Source: Octopus sinensis (Eukaryota). Taken from it: a stretch of DNA of 64,000 bases. The notes below the pieces were generated by a model that made no database searches, was not told where the DNA came from, and worked only from the letters and a program-made list of their open reading frames with translations. Position 1 is the first letter of the stretch, and each line of letters starts with the position of its first letter. The stretch lies in assembly GCF_006345805.1 (NCBI RefSeq), contig NC_042997.1:37324001-37388000 (forward strand), given 5' to 3'. Shown here one piece after another: positions 37,591 through 51,190 of this stretch. A program made the translations under genes and the position numbers.

Positions 37591-39578
37591 TTCCACGCTT
37601 AATAACATCCAATTATCGAAAATTGTAATGAGCGAAAAGAGACCCAGTGAGATCTCTGAAAACAGGCTGCTGTCCACTCTCACAGAATCAACGGAAGCAA
37701 ACAGGAACGAGAGCTCCAAGAAGTTAAAAAGAAAAAAAATAACAACAGCAGTACCAGCAACTACACAATGATAATCAAGCGTGTTGATAAAAATCGGCTG
37801 AGTGGAGCACTAAATGCTTTAAATCATTTAGTTTAGCTAGTTGACGCTGGGATCCATTTTATATTTCATTTCCTCATAATCGATACAATAAATATCTCCG
37901 GAATTCGAGTTCGATTTAATCGATTGTAACATCTTCCAAATGTCTATCAGAAATCAATAATGAATACAAAATATCTGCATTAAATTAGAGATCGCATTAA
38001 GGGCGTTTTTAAGATACGATTATCATATGGAGAATATATAGTTAATAGAATTTTTTTAATGCTTAAATCGATGAAGTCACCGATTTTCTATCTATAATCT
38101 AAACCAATTTAAAGGGTGATTTATTGTTTGCCATATGTCGAGCAATGCGACTAAATAGTAGGTGTATGCTATGTATTATCCTTTGCACACTTTATAATTT
38201 AATACTTTTGAGTCTATATTATGAGATATCTTGGTATAGTTTTCTTCTTTAAACGATATTTGCAGAAGAATAATAGTTTAATGCACGAAAGATATTAGCA
38301 GCCAAATACAGTATTTATTGTATATATTTATAAACATTTATATGTACAAATACCTATCTGTTTTAATGGTAGTGTATCTGCATGCATCTTTTTATTAGTA
38401 ATGTGTGTTTGTATGTATGCGTGTAAGTGTATGCTTTACAAAAACTAACTTCTCGTTTATATACTAAAATCCAGTGACTGAAGGAAGTCTAAAAATAGAG
38501 GTGAGGTGTCTGGTGATATTGCGGCAAATTTGATTACACTTCGTACTTCACTGACTGCCTGACTTCTGATTTCATTGGCGACAACATATTAAATTAGTTG
38601 TTCTATAAAGAGATATTAATGTTTCAAGAGTTTGGGGGTTGAGACAGAAGAAGCCTTAACTATAAAATTGAAATGAAAACGAAATGTTTGGACGTGACAT
38701 CTCGTGCGCTATTCATTCAACACAAATTACCTTTTCTTTTGCATTGTTTCTGAGAAGATAAAGAAGAGAAAGTACTCATTTGGTGTCGTCAAGAAACAGG
38801 TTATTAAAGAGGTGAACACATCAGAGGCTTGAGGTTGTGTTAAGTAGGGATTGGGCAATAAATTTAACACAGCAAATAATAGGTGAGATACAGATAAGTG
38901 ATGACTAGCTTGGAAAAGGGCTGTTGAATATATTATTTTCTCACCTGCTTCGCCGAAATTCAACGTTAAGTGTGATAAGGAGAACACATTTGTAAGTTAA
39001 AGGATCTAAGTGTTGTTCAGTGAGTCTTTGACAGTTACTTAAATAGTATTGGAGATATTTACCTGCAGCATTTCCTAACATTTTTTTCTTAGAGACAAAC
39101 TAATATTCCGCTTACCAAGCCCCATCCCTCTGGGAGCATACAATATCCGTGCCTTAAGGCAATGAGATATGCGATGCTCTTTGGGCTATCGTTGAAAGAA
39201 TGTGTAGCTTATCATTTTAGTCGCTTCGAGTATTCTAGGTGTAAGACTTTTTCAATTAATGCAATAAGGTACAATAATAGCCCCTTATAATGTAAAAGTA
39301 TTTAAGCTCGGCCATTACCGCAAATCACTTAAATCCTATTACAAACAATTGAATACTATTACATATCATGCGTTCTGGAAAATTTGCGTAAAGGATTTCA
39401 GATAATTAGGAATTAGTTTCAACTTACTAAAGTTTTATGTTTCCTTCTACATGATCCTATAGGTTTAGACATTTAGTAAATTAGAATCACAGGCGCACAC
39501 ATACATAATGCTCCTGATGTTTATAAGCCCATATGTCTTCACGTAAAATCTAAGTATATATGTGCACTCAGTGAGAAC

Positions 39579-39627
<49 letters not shown>

Positions 39628-39645
39628 AGAAGGTTTGGAGATGAT

Positions 39646-39735
39646 GCTAGTACATGATTTATAAAAACATGTGACATATTGATAAATATCTGTAAATATA
39701 AAACCATCCTGATTTCTGAGTACCTTATTTCTTCT
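39646..39735 (-). repeat. inverted duplication pair A, copy 1 (partner 55557-55647 +)
   Basis: About 90 bp with ~8 substitutions and a 2-nt indel; contains ttttatatttacag acceptor-like site. Confidence 0.9.
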
Positions 39736-40074
39736 AATATATATATGTGTGTGTATGTGTGTGTGTGCTCATATATATATATGCATATATGTATATCTTA
39801 CAGATAAGAGGAAAAAATCTATCAGAAAGGAACTCTAATCTCTTGATAAGCATAACAAATGCGCAACCGGTAAAAATAACTTTCACCTAATTAAATTATT
39901 TAAATTACTTAAATTATTTTGTCAGCATTTTCTTCATTTCCTTTTTTGTATATCACAACTCGTGTTCCACATCTCCTCTTTTAAATATATATATATATAT
40001 CCATACATATATGCATATATATATGCATGTGTATACGCACATATGTGCATATGTGTGTGTGTAGATGGAGAGAT

Positions 40075-40160
40075 AGATAGATAGATAGATAGATAGATTG
40101 ATTGATTGATTGGTTTATTGATTGATTGAATGATTGATTAATAGACTGATAGATAGATAA
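40075..40160. repeat. (GATA)n grading into (GATT)n
   Basis: Direct reading. Confidence 0.9.
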
Positions 40161-41090
40161 ATCTCCGTGAATTTCAATGTTTATATTGGTGCTAACACAT
40201 TTTTTTCTTAGTTTTCTGCAAGTAGAAAAAGGATTGTTGTTGTTTTTATTTATTTATTCTTTAGTTACTCTAGGTTAAATTTTCGGGGCTAGCAAGAAAT
40301 CTACTTTACAAAAAAATATTGACGGAATTAAAATAAAATATAACATCAACTATAGGAGGAATGGAATTTGAAACTTCATATTTTAAACTAATTTGCCTCC
40401 TTAAAAATTTTTAAGTATTAATCATTAATCGATTGAATGAAATCTTCCAATAAATTGTTTATCAGAATTTTGCAGAACATGATAATATTTACTCTCTACG
40501 GAGTTATTACCCGAGTAAAACATTTGCTGCCTTAACAAAATATTTAAACGAAGCTGATAGAAAAATATTAAAATGAAATCAAGACTCCTCGGAAATCTTA
40601 CTGAATAATGTATGATTCTGAAAATGAAACATTGAAAACGCATAGAGAAGTTGCCAACTTATTGTTCAATAATTCTATTCAGAATGTATTCGTCATACAG
40701 ACATTGTCATTCTCCTTTATATGTAACTGAAATAATAATCACTTGCAATTTTACTTCGATACTGAATTCGAAATTAGTAGAATAAGTAGCCAGGCATGAA
40801 TTACTGACTTGAGGAACATAAATTCCCTCAGATTTGCATATTCTTTTGCAACAAATAATATGTGTATATTTAAACAAGGCTAACTCACATTTTCACAAAA
40901 CATATATCATAGTAAATTTTATCCTGAAGGGAATATCCATAAACAGATCTGTGCATACAATGTATGCACACACATATACACTTCGGAAAACGCACTCGCG
41001 TGCGTGCACACACTTGAGTACATACGCTTATATATATAATATATATATATATTGTATGTGTATGTATGTATATATATATATATACATATA

Positions 41091-41133
<43 letters not shown>

Positions 41134-41373
41134 ATGTGTATGTATGTATATATAAGAGTGCATATGATATTTGCATATGTATTAGCATTATTTAGCTATC
41201 AGCTACAACCAGTTCTGTTATTACCTACTGCTTACATGAATACTTTCTTATCTACAAACTTCCCTCTTCCAGCTATATATAAGTCTCTTTTAGCGTCCTT
41301 CTCTTCTCTCTCAATTTCTCACTTTTACACTCTGTCTGCCTTTTGTTATCTCTCACTCACGCTCCAGCGATAT

Positions 41374-41421
<48 letters not shown>

Positions 41422-41427
41422 ATATAG

Positions 41428-41625
41428 TTAATCCAAACAAGAAAGCACAAAAAAACACAACAACGTGAGGACGTGGAACAAATATAGTATTATTGGACGC
41501 TCAAGAAAGAATGAAAGAAGGAGGGTTTAACGTTTCGAGCAGAGCTCTTTGTCGGAAACATAGGAGAAGGAAAGATCCACAGAAGGGAAGACAGAAGAAA
41601 CAAAATCGCCAACACGCGGTCACAC
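41428..41625 (-). mobile_element. PLE-type terminal fragment between two (TA)n arrays, with minimal hammerhead motif at 41523-41560
   Basis: GUUU-CCGACAA-A-GAGC-UCU-GCUC-GAAACGUU-AAAC; stems intact, U4 and G8 mutated. Confidence 0.6.
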
Positions 41626-41643
41626 ATACATATATACATACAT

Positions 41644-41731
<88 letters not shown>

Positions 41732-41744
41732 GATAGATAGATAC

Positions 41745-41776
<32 letters not shown>

Positions 41777-42061
41777 TATATATACATATATAAACATATA
41801 TACATATATGTTTGGGTTTGTACTGGTGTACTGGTTTCATCCATTTCTGTGCGAGGAAACTGCTGAACTACTGCTCTACATTTAATGCTTCTAGACAATA
41901 ATACCGTCCATATTGCACAATTACGCGTAATGCATAATTTATCGAAATCTATTTGGCGAGCCACTAGTATACGATAAAAAGAAGTGCTATAACATGAACA
42001 ATTCAGGATTCTAACATAATTCCCATAAACACAGAGGTGTGTGTACCTACAAACATTTAAT

Positions 42062-42097
<36 letters not shown>

Positions 42098-42123
42098 CTA
42101 CACTGCGTTTCAAATGATTAACG

Positions 42124-42300
42124 GCAAGAGTCTATGCACGGTGATCCTTCACCACGCGGGACTGCATGCACTCCTACATTTCCTTGACCTTCGACCCAAC
42201 CTCCAACCCCCAACCTGACACATCCACATTCCTTCGTCTGGCCGAAATTGTCCTCTTGAAACTTAACTGTTTCTCACTTGCGAGTGAGTTTTACCAGAAG
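42124..42300 (+). mobile_element. Penelope-like RT fragment
   Basis: KSLCTVILHHAGLHALLHFLDLRPN / QPDTSTFLRLAEIVLLKLNCFSLASEFYQ. Confidence 0.75.
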
Positions 42301-42479
42301 GAATTCTTCATGTGTACATGTTTTCAAAGCGTTGAAATGTATTGTAGAACAAGAAGAAAAATAAATTTCATTCGACGCGTAGATACTGAGCAGTATATAT
42401 ATAAAGGATAAAATCCTTCTTTTTTTCCTAAAAGCAGAAAACATGTCTGCCTTTTCAGCTTTTAGAAAAAAAACCCTCG

Positions 42480-43200
42480 AGCGCTAATGAAACTTATTCA
42501 ACAAAAAACAAACAACAAAAGTTGGGCAGATCCAATATTCTTTACTGGTTGAAAAATATCAAAATCATTAAGACACTGCGTTAAGAAACGAAAATTGTAA
42601 CCAAACACGTGTGCTAGAAGCCGTAGTTATTCGAAAAACAATTGGCTGCAAATCTAGAGATAAATTAGGCTCCAAATAGCAGAAATTTTGTCTACATACA
42701 AAAGAACTTGAGAACTCCGAAGCCGATTCGATAACTGTCGTCAAATGTTAAGAATTGCATTGAATATTTCAGCAATCTTCTAAAACATAGATTCTCGCCG
42801 ACAAAATAATGGATATTTACAAATGAAACAGCGCCACGCAAAAAATATTTTTACTAATGCCATTATCGGAAAATATGAGAAAATTACTATACAGCTCACA
42901 ATTAAATAAACCTTAAATCAAAGGAGCCAGATACTCCCCTGAATAGATACGCAATGAGGATTGAATGAAAACGTGCGCACTATATCACACTTTCTTTCCA
43001 GCCCCAGTTATTTCCATCTAATAGCAAGAAAGGCATACTTTATAAATGTATCATTGATGTCGTCATGTATGATATCAGAAAAGGTGATCGAATAAGCATA
43101 ATAGGATTATAACAGAGCAATCATTAAATAGTTGCGTGAAATCGAGACAAGAGAAAGCAGTTGACTCAGAATAATATCTTACATTTCGTCACATCAGACT
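42480..43200 (+). mobile_element. possible highly decayed Helitron helicase relic
   Basis: Only faint motif resemblance (LNENVRTI; FINVSL). Confidence 0.2.
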
Positions 43201-43980
43201 TCTAAATACCCAAGATAACGGGAGCCGAATCCCTAGAATCAGCAATATTAATATCAGAAACGATTTGCAACGCTAGAAGTCATACTTGTAAAAATGGAAA
43301 GCTACAATAGTTTGTGTCTGTAGATATCATACGAAAGTCACTCCTCATAATTCGGTCCTGTACAGAGGAGATATTTCACAAAATCCATAGAGATAACTCC
43401 AAAATATTCCCATTAGCAGCAGCTCACACGAAGACCTATTTTGGCGTTGGCGTTCACAATTTGTACAGCAAAGGAAACGTTTATATCTTTAGAAGCACCT
43501 ATCACTTTCATCTGGAATGAAAAATCTAGCTGCAGGCAGCTTCAGAAAGGAATATAAAGATTGAATGAGACTATTATAACGAGGTACTAGTAAGTTGTGG
43601 TTACACTAGGAAGTACGCGTATACGGAATATTCTTCCACCGTCCTTTCAAAGCACGCGGGTGAGAAAATATCATTGAAGCTCTACCACATGGAAGCTATG
43701 CACCAACTCAAAATACATCCTGTAGCCTAATTTTAAGATATCACGCTCAGGCGTACGGGCGTAGCAAGCAATGACATCAAGTATAGATTCTGGTATCATG
43801 TATTTTTCAGGTGTAAGGACGTAGAATACTTCACCAACCTGAACTCGGTATCTAAATGAAAACACATGAAGTATCATTGAAAGATGCAATCGATTGATTA
43901 AATTTGATCTATAGTATCGATTAACCCAGGAGAACACAATTACCCAAAAGCCAAAGTAAACATTATACATTAACACAAAT

Positions 43981-44884
43981 GCCATAATTGACAACGATCA
44001 TTCCAAGTCAATCAGGTTTATTGTCAGGGACATCGGAGTGTTTGTGCTTCTTATCAGACAGATAGTGTATGACGACATTCGGTATTCCTCATACAAGATG
44101 AGAAAGGATCAATGTTTGTCCCAATCCATCAAAGACAAGAGGTAAGACCGCGCCACGAAGCTTTTAAACAGACTCAAGCATCCCCGCCAATCAAACATGT
44201 TTTGTTTTTTTCTGTGCTGAGAAAAATTTCTACCGGGATCAGATGGTGAACACACAGAACAGCTGTCGGCTTGCCGTGTCCCCAAAACATGTATCGAGTG
44301 TGATAAAAATAAAGCATCCAGTCAACATCATGGTGTTTGGAGAGATCACTAGTGATGGCGACATTATGCCACCATTCATGTTCCCACACGGCCTCAGAAT
44401 CATCACGAAGGCGTACATCAAGTGGGTGGCTGCTGGAATTCACTATATCTAGCAACAGGACTCTGTACCATGCTACACAAGCAGGAGGACCCAATCATGG
44501 CTGTCAGACAATTTCTGCGACCACACAACCCCTAACGTCTGGCCAACTAACTCTGGAGACTGCAACCCCCTCGATTATTATGTGGTGGGTGCAGTTGAGT
44601 GAGAGACCAACAACACTCCTTGTAACACCAAAGATGAACTGAAGGCAAGTGTTATGGCAGCACTCACGTAATCAAGGCGCTCGACCAGAAAAATAGCAGG
44701 AGATTCCGAAGTCGTTTGGAGGCCATGGTTGAAGCCAATAAAGATTTTATTGAACATTATTTAGTTTATTCAATATTTCAAGTTATTTTTATGTAAATCT
44801 GGTAATATATCTGTTAAAATGAGATGTGAGTGTTATTTTTATTTTTGTGTCGTTTAGAGGACAACTTACTCACACCACCCTGTA
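43981..44884 (+). mobile_element. DD37D (maT/Bmmar1-like) transposon, 5'-truncated
   Basis: YKMRK, QQDSVPCYTS..WPTNSGDCNPLDYY with 37 residues between the 2nd and 3rd D; 3' TIR ..cacaccaccctg followed by TA. Confidence 0.88.
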
Positions 44885-44886
44885 TG

Positions 44887-45025
<139 letters not shown>

Positions 45026-45621
45026 ATATATATACATATAATGAATATATATATATACATATATATATATACATATAAATGAATATCACTATGGTTTCGA
45101 CACATGGGCACTAACATTCAATCCAAAAGTGTAGGCAATGTTAAAAACATAAACCCAGTCTAGGAATCTGCCAGTTATTACCACCAGTAATAACGTTACA
45201 ATAAACGAATATTATAAACTTAATCACACAATAGAAATCATAGAACAAATAAGGTATTCGAGAGGGGCATTTACATAATACAGACATAGACTACAAAGAT
45301 ATAATATTTCCCTCTCTCCATCACAACACAAATTTGATACCATACCAATAGCAAGCCTTATAATGACAGGTGTAACAGTGTGTCACATAATCAGCGACCT
45401 TCAATAATGTACAAGGAAAAGGACAAGCTTAGATCAATATATATGAAGTATGCTCAATATTCGTTTCTTCTCTAGGTTTCTTTCTTGTTTGAAAAAAAGT
45501 ACGTTTTCCATGTTTTTGCTTTTACGTTCTCGTTTTTTGTTCACGTTTTTTAACGTCCTGTACCCATGTATGCATCTATATATACATATGTATGTAGGTG
45601 TGTTCATATGTGTGTGTATGC

Positions 45622-45672
<51 letters not shown>

Positions 45673-45693
45673 ATATTATTTATATTATTATAG

Positions 45694-45719
45694 GATCGAA
45701 AGCCAGGCATCCATTCCAA
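45694..45719 (+). CDS. candidate 26-nt micro-exon (DRKPGIHS-K); duplicated at 46704-46729
   Basis: ttattatag|GAT...CAA|gtaagt. Confidence 0.25.
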
Positions 45720-45828
45720 GTAAGTTATATATATATATATATACACACGCACTAGCAATGAATCTCGGAGTTGCTCGGTGTTATGACCTAGAAGAACATT
45801 GAATTATTTGGTGCTTTGTTATGTGCAG

Positions 45829-45850
45829 AATTGGTATAACTGATATACAG
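45829..45850 (+). CDS. candidate 22-nt micro-exon (IGITDIQ); duplicated at 46840-46861
   Basis: ctttgttatgtgcag|AAT...CAG|gtaatg; phase-compatible with the preceding candidate. Confidence 0.25.
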
Positions 45851-46355
45851 GTAATGGAATAATGTAAGTTATTTTTTGTTTAATATTAAAGGTGAGTGTA
45901 CTATTGCATGGGTCTGCATGAAATTGCTTCTATTCCTAAGAAAGATCAGAAACTATGTGTTGATACGGTTTTGAGCAGAAATCATGTTTTTAAAATCCCC
46001 ACCGCAGTGTCTTAATTTATAACTGTTATAATTTTCTTTTTGTTATCTACGTACAAAATACAGATTACGAATCTGGGATATATATGTATATATATATAGA
46101 TAGATAGATATATAGATAGATAGATAGATATATATATATAGATGAAATTGCATGAAATTGCTTCTATTCCTAAGAAAGATCAGAAACTATGTGTTGATAC
46201 GGTTTTGAGCAGAAATCATGTTTTTAAAATCCCCACCGCAGTGTCTTAATTTATAACTGTTATAATTTTCTTTTTGTTATCTACGTACAAATATACAGAT
46301 TACGAATCTGGATATATATGTATATATATATAGATAGATAGATATATAGATAGAT

Positions 46356-46396
<41 letters not shown>

Positions 46397-46397
46397 T

Positions 46398-46448
<51 letters not shown>

Positions 46449-46644
46449 TAGATAGATAGATAGATATACAATGGAGGTGAACACATTCCTCCATGTGATC
46501 GTCTTGAAAAGTTGTTAAGAGACTTGGATATTTTTCTGCTTTTCTGAACAAGAAACCAATGGTTGCATTAATTCACAAATAAAGAAATTATATCCACCAA
46601 TGTGTTGTTGAGCACTCACCATTTTCCTCGTTCAACATTTATGC

Positions 46645-46690
<46 letters not shown>

Positions 46691-47383
46691 TATATTATTA
46701 TAGGATCGAAAGCCAGGCATCCATTCCAAGTAAGTTATATATATATATATATACACACGCACTAGCAATGAATCTCGGAGTTGCTCGGGTGTTATGACCT
46801 AGAAGAACATTGAATTATTTGGTGCTTTGTTATGTGCAGAATTGGTATAACTGATATACAGGTAATGGAATAATGTAAGTTATTTTTTGTTTAATATTAA
46901 AGGTGAGTGTACTATTTGCATGGGTCTGCATGAAATTGCTTTCTATTCCTAAGAAAGATCAGAAACTATGTGTTGATACGGTTTTGAGCAGAAATCATGT
47001 TTTTAAAATCCCCACCGCAGTGTCTTAATTTATAACTGTTATAATTTTCTTTTTGTTATCTACGTACAAATATACAGATTACGAATCTGGGATATATATG
47101 TATATATATATAGATAGATAGATATATAGATAGATAGATAGATATATATATATAGATGAAATTGCATGAAATTGCTTTCTATTCCTAAGAAAGATCAGAA
47201 ACTATGTGTTGATACGGTTTTGAGCAGAAATCATGTTTTTAAAATCCCCACCGCAGTGTCTTAATTTATAACTGTTATAATTTTCTTTTTGTTATCTACG
47301 TACAAATATACAGATTACGAATCTGGGATATATATGTATATAGATATAGATAGATAGATAGATATATAGATAGATAGATAGAT

Positions 47384-47468
<85 letters not shown>

Positions 47469-48086
47469 TACAATGGAGGTGAACACATTCCTCCATGTGA
47501 TCGTCTTGAAAAGTTGTTAAGAGACTTGGATATTTTTCTGCTTTTCTGAACAAGAAACCAATGGTTGCATTAATTCACAAATAAAGAAATTATATCCACC
47601 AATGTGTTGTTGAGCACTCACCATTTTCCTCGTTCAACATTTATGCATATGTATATATATATATATATATATACATACTTCTGTTTGACGCGTTGTCTCA
47701 TAATTCTGTATATAGTATATTTAACAATAATTGACTAGCTCTAAGGGTTTCGTAAGAACTTATGGCATAATCACACAGCTTTCGTCAATTTCATTTGATA
47801 TGCATAGTGCAGCAATCAATATAATGCATCATATATTATATTCACTTCATTTCAGATTTTGGTGCCATTAAGTTAATTAAAGTACGTATGGTCAATTATA
47901 TTTCAATATTAAGTTCTATACGTGATTTCCATTTCATGAATTATAATTTTGTATGGTTATGAGAATATTATGCGAGAATTGCATAACACGTCATATTTCT
48001 TTGATTCTGGTTTCTGTGAAAACTATTAGGAAATATGAGACTAGATAAAATTAAAGTAGTGTTACTCACTGTATCGTATAGGAAGA

Positions 48087-49240
48087 TATTGTGTTGGCCA
48101 AATAGTCCGTTCGGTTATTGTTCACACTAAGTCTCATGCAATTCTAAGATGTATCTAACGTCAGTCTATCTCTCACACATGTGCACACATTAAATACTTG
48201 ATTATCAGTGTAGTTCGAGAGGCATTTGCGGCGAGACATGAATTGTCTGTAATTGAGACTAAATTGAAATTAGGCAAACAAAACAAACATTATCGCCATA
48301 TCATGCTTTCTTTTACTTTTAAAAAGGCAAGAAAGCAGCAGGAACCTGCAGAGAGATATGTACTATGTACTGGGAAGTGTTAATGAGTGTGTAACCGAAA
48401 TGTTCTTTCAAGATTTCGGTGGAAAATTTCTTCTGTTCAGGATACGCCTCGCACTGGCCATTCAACTGAGATTAACGTCACCAATCCCCAGTATACGACC
48501 AGCTTGATCACCGATATTCCCTGAATATTCATACTGTGTGTTTAAATCCATCTTCATTTCATGAAGTTGGTTACGTCAGCAGGCTTTATCCTTTGGTTTC
48601 ACATCAGTTGAATGCGCTTAGTGTCACTCAACGTATTTCTACTTATAATTTGTTGCATTAATATGAAGAAAACAAGCTTTTTTGAAGAGAATCGTGATAG
48701 ACGAGATAAAAGGTATTGTTTATATTACTAGAATCGAAAACAATAACGGGGGAAATCAGCGAAGCACCACAAGCAAGCCCCAATGTGGGACATCACCGGA
48801 AGGTTACACTTTCAATTTGGTGGGATTGGGAGGGTGTTTTCTATTATGTGCTCCTTCTGAAGAACACCGCATTCAGTTCAAACGTTTACTTTTATCACCT
48901 GAAGAAATTTAATGATGTGGTCCACCAGAAGATACCAGGGAATGCTGATTATAAGGGCATTGTTTTTCTTCACAAGAACATCAACTGCACATTTCTTTGC
49001 AAAGCGACAGAAGTTAACAGGGTCTTGACAGAGAAGTTTGTCACACCTAGCAGGGATTTTAGCAGGGATTAATGGCTCTGCTAACAAGATGGCAGAAGAT
49101 ACTTAAACGAAACGATAATTATAGCATTGAGTGTATAAACCACTAATGTGATTGTTTACATTGTGATTGAATACATTGCTTTTTACAACTAGTGTTTTCA
49201 CTTAAAAAACAGAACGGGCTGTTTGGCTACCACACGACTA
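48087..49240 (+). mobile_element. mariner-like transposon fossil with both TIRs and TA flanks
   Basis: KHYRHIML, LKRIVIDE, KVTLSIWWDWEGVFYY, KGIVFLHKN; TIRs 48089-48116 and 49208-49238. Confidence 0.9.
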
Positions 49241-50113
49241 GATGAGTAAAAAAGGGGCAAAAAAAATTAATTATAATCTGATAGAAATTATTTTAGCCGA
49301 TGAAATCGAGAAAATCATGATAGTAGGTATAGATCAATACATTTTGGTTGTTTTCCCTGGTACAATGAAAAATTTGACCCTGATTTTATTTTTACTAATA
49401 GAGTACTATGTTTCGTCTAATTTCTAAATAATAATTGTGTAGAAAATCCTAGTGGTGGGCATAAGAAGCGTCCTTTGTATTAACGACTTGAGAAATAGAG
49501 CGATGGAATAAAATCCAGCAACATTAAGAAACATACAGTCTGTTTTCTCTGTCGTTTCCACAGAGCAACGATTACGCGTTTGATAGAGTTCTTTTTTTTT
49601 GGGGGGGGGGGTTCTTCTATGTAACCGATTCTCAGACATAGGAAGGCAATAGAAATCGAACCCAGTACGTGATAGATACTTTAATTATCAAGCCGAAAGA
49701 ATAAATGGAATTCATGCCTCTGTACGTTAGAACAAATACCACAAATAATTCAATAATTCTGAAAGCTATTGTAGCATTTTTTTTTTCATACAAGCAGTGA
49801 TTTAAAGTATGGGATGTAAAGAACAGTAGTATATTTAATTAGAGAAATTCTACATGAAAGTATATAATTACTCAGTTTCAAGTTATCCCAAAGTTGGTGA
49901 TGTTGAACATGTAATGTATCAGACTGCATTCCTTTCGATTTTCCGTGCGGATAATCCGCGTTGTAGACCGAAAATTTTGAGATACGTCGAATATCTCACT
50001 CGTATTATATACGGTACTTGAATATCACTACTGTGCTTCAAAAACCTGGCAAAAAATGTATCAATAAAATAAAAGATCCTACTCTAAGTTACTTGTTGGA
50101 TGAGCATATATAC

Positions 50114-50146
<33 letters not shown>

Positions 50147-50148
50147 CA

Positions 50149-50194
<46 letters not shown>

Positions 50195-50664
50195 CATATA
50201 TATATATATATACATATATGTATATATATATATATCAATATATATATGCATACATACATACGTATATGTGTATGCATGTATGTATGTGCAAATATCATGA
50301 AATACGTAAAGAGTGCTAAATAAATTTGAAAACAGTGTCGGCTTTCTATCTTCAGCACCTTTCAAGCATTCAGCGACAATATGAGTCTTCAAAGACAGTT
50401 TCACCCATAAATTCTAACATAGAATTTAAGATTTATGGATGGTCAGATATGAGAACAAAAAATTACGGTGGAGTTATATAAAGAAACGGAACATTACAAT
50501 GGTAACACGATGTAAACTGCATCCTAAGGATATATCTCCTGAGAGTGACTTTATTTACAAACTACAAGATGGAATACCATCCATTATAATAACACGTTAA
50601 AATGAAGTTCTATCTTTCATTACCAGGTTTATTACATTACTTTACATTATTGTTTTTTTTTAAT

Positions 50665-50790
50665 TGTGTCTGGGGAGAGTCATTCTCTTTTAGTGCCTTA
50701 TAGTGTAGCACACTCACGGTAAAATTTCCACTTATTTCTTATTTTTATTTCCAAAAATATTCGTGGCGTCTTGCAACCTTTTCAATAGTC
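50665..50790 (-). repeat. dispersed ~150-bp repeat with hammerhead-like head, copy 3 of 3
   Basis: ACTA-TTGAAAA-G-GTTGC-AAGAC-GCCAC-GAATATTT-TTGG. Confidence 0.8.
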
Positions 50791-50829
50791 TTGACTCTGT
50801 CCGTTATTTACACTGCGTTCCCTTTTGTT

Positions 50830-51190
50830 TGTGCGCATGTGTGTGGGTCAGTGTGTGTGTGTGTGCCTATACATGCATGCATGTACGTATGTATGTGTGT
50901 GTGTGTTTGCATGTGTATGTATATATTTGTGTGTATGCATATGTATGTATGTATGTGTGTGCATCTGTATGTACGAATCCTGCATATTTATGTGCTTGCC
51001 TGTCCGTGTTTGTGTATTTTCTATCTATGTGTGTGTGTGAGAATGTGTTTGTATGTGTATGCACCTCTGTCTCCTTGTGTGTGTATATCTGTATGTGTGT
51101 GTGTTATGTAACTATGTACCATGTTTGTATGTATGGATGTGCATCTTTATATGTGTGGATCCGTGTCTCCATGTGTGTCTGTTCATATAG
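50830..51190. repeat. decayed (TG)n/(TATG)n low-complexity tract
   Basis: Direct reading. Confidence 0.9.

Larger units (their letters stand above)
45620..47660. repeat. tandem duplication of a ~1.0 kb unit, each unit with an internal ~215-bp direct repeat and (GATA)n
   Basis: taggatcgaa at 45691 and 46701; unit ends at 46650 and 47652; inner repeats start ~45917, 46150, 46928, 47164. Confidence 0.97.

Noticed and set aside
45080-45125. GTCGAAACCATAGTG hammerhead-like 3' half (also CTGAAGA..GCCGACAC at 50330-50360)
   Set aside because: Core and stems are too degenerate to support.
45917-47470. Regularly recurring ~215-bp units resembling an array
   Set aside because: No short repeats with unique spacers and no cas genes; it is a nested tandem duplication, not CRISPR.
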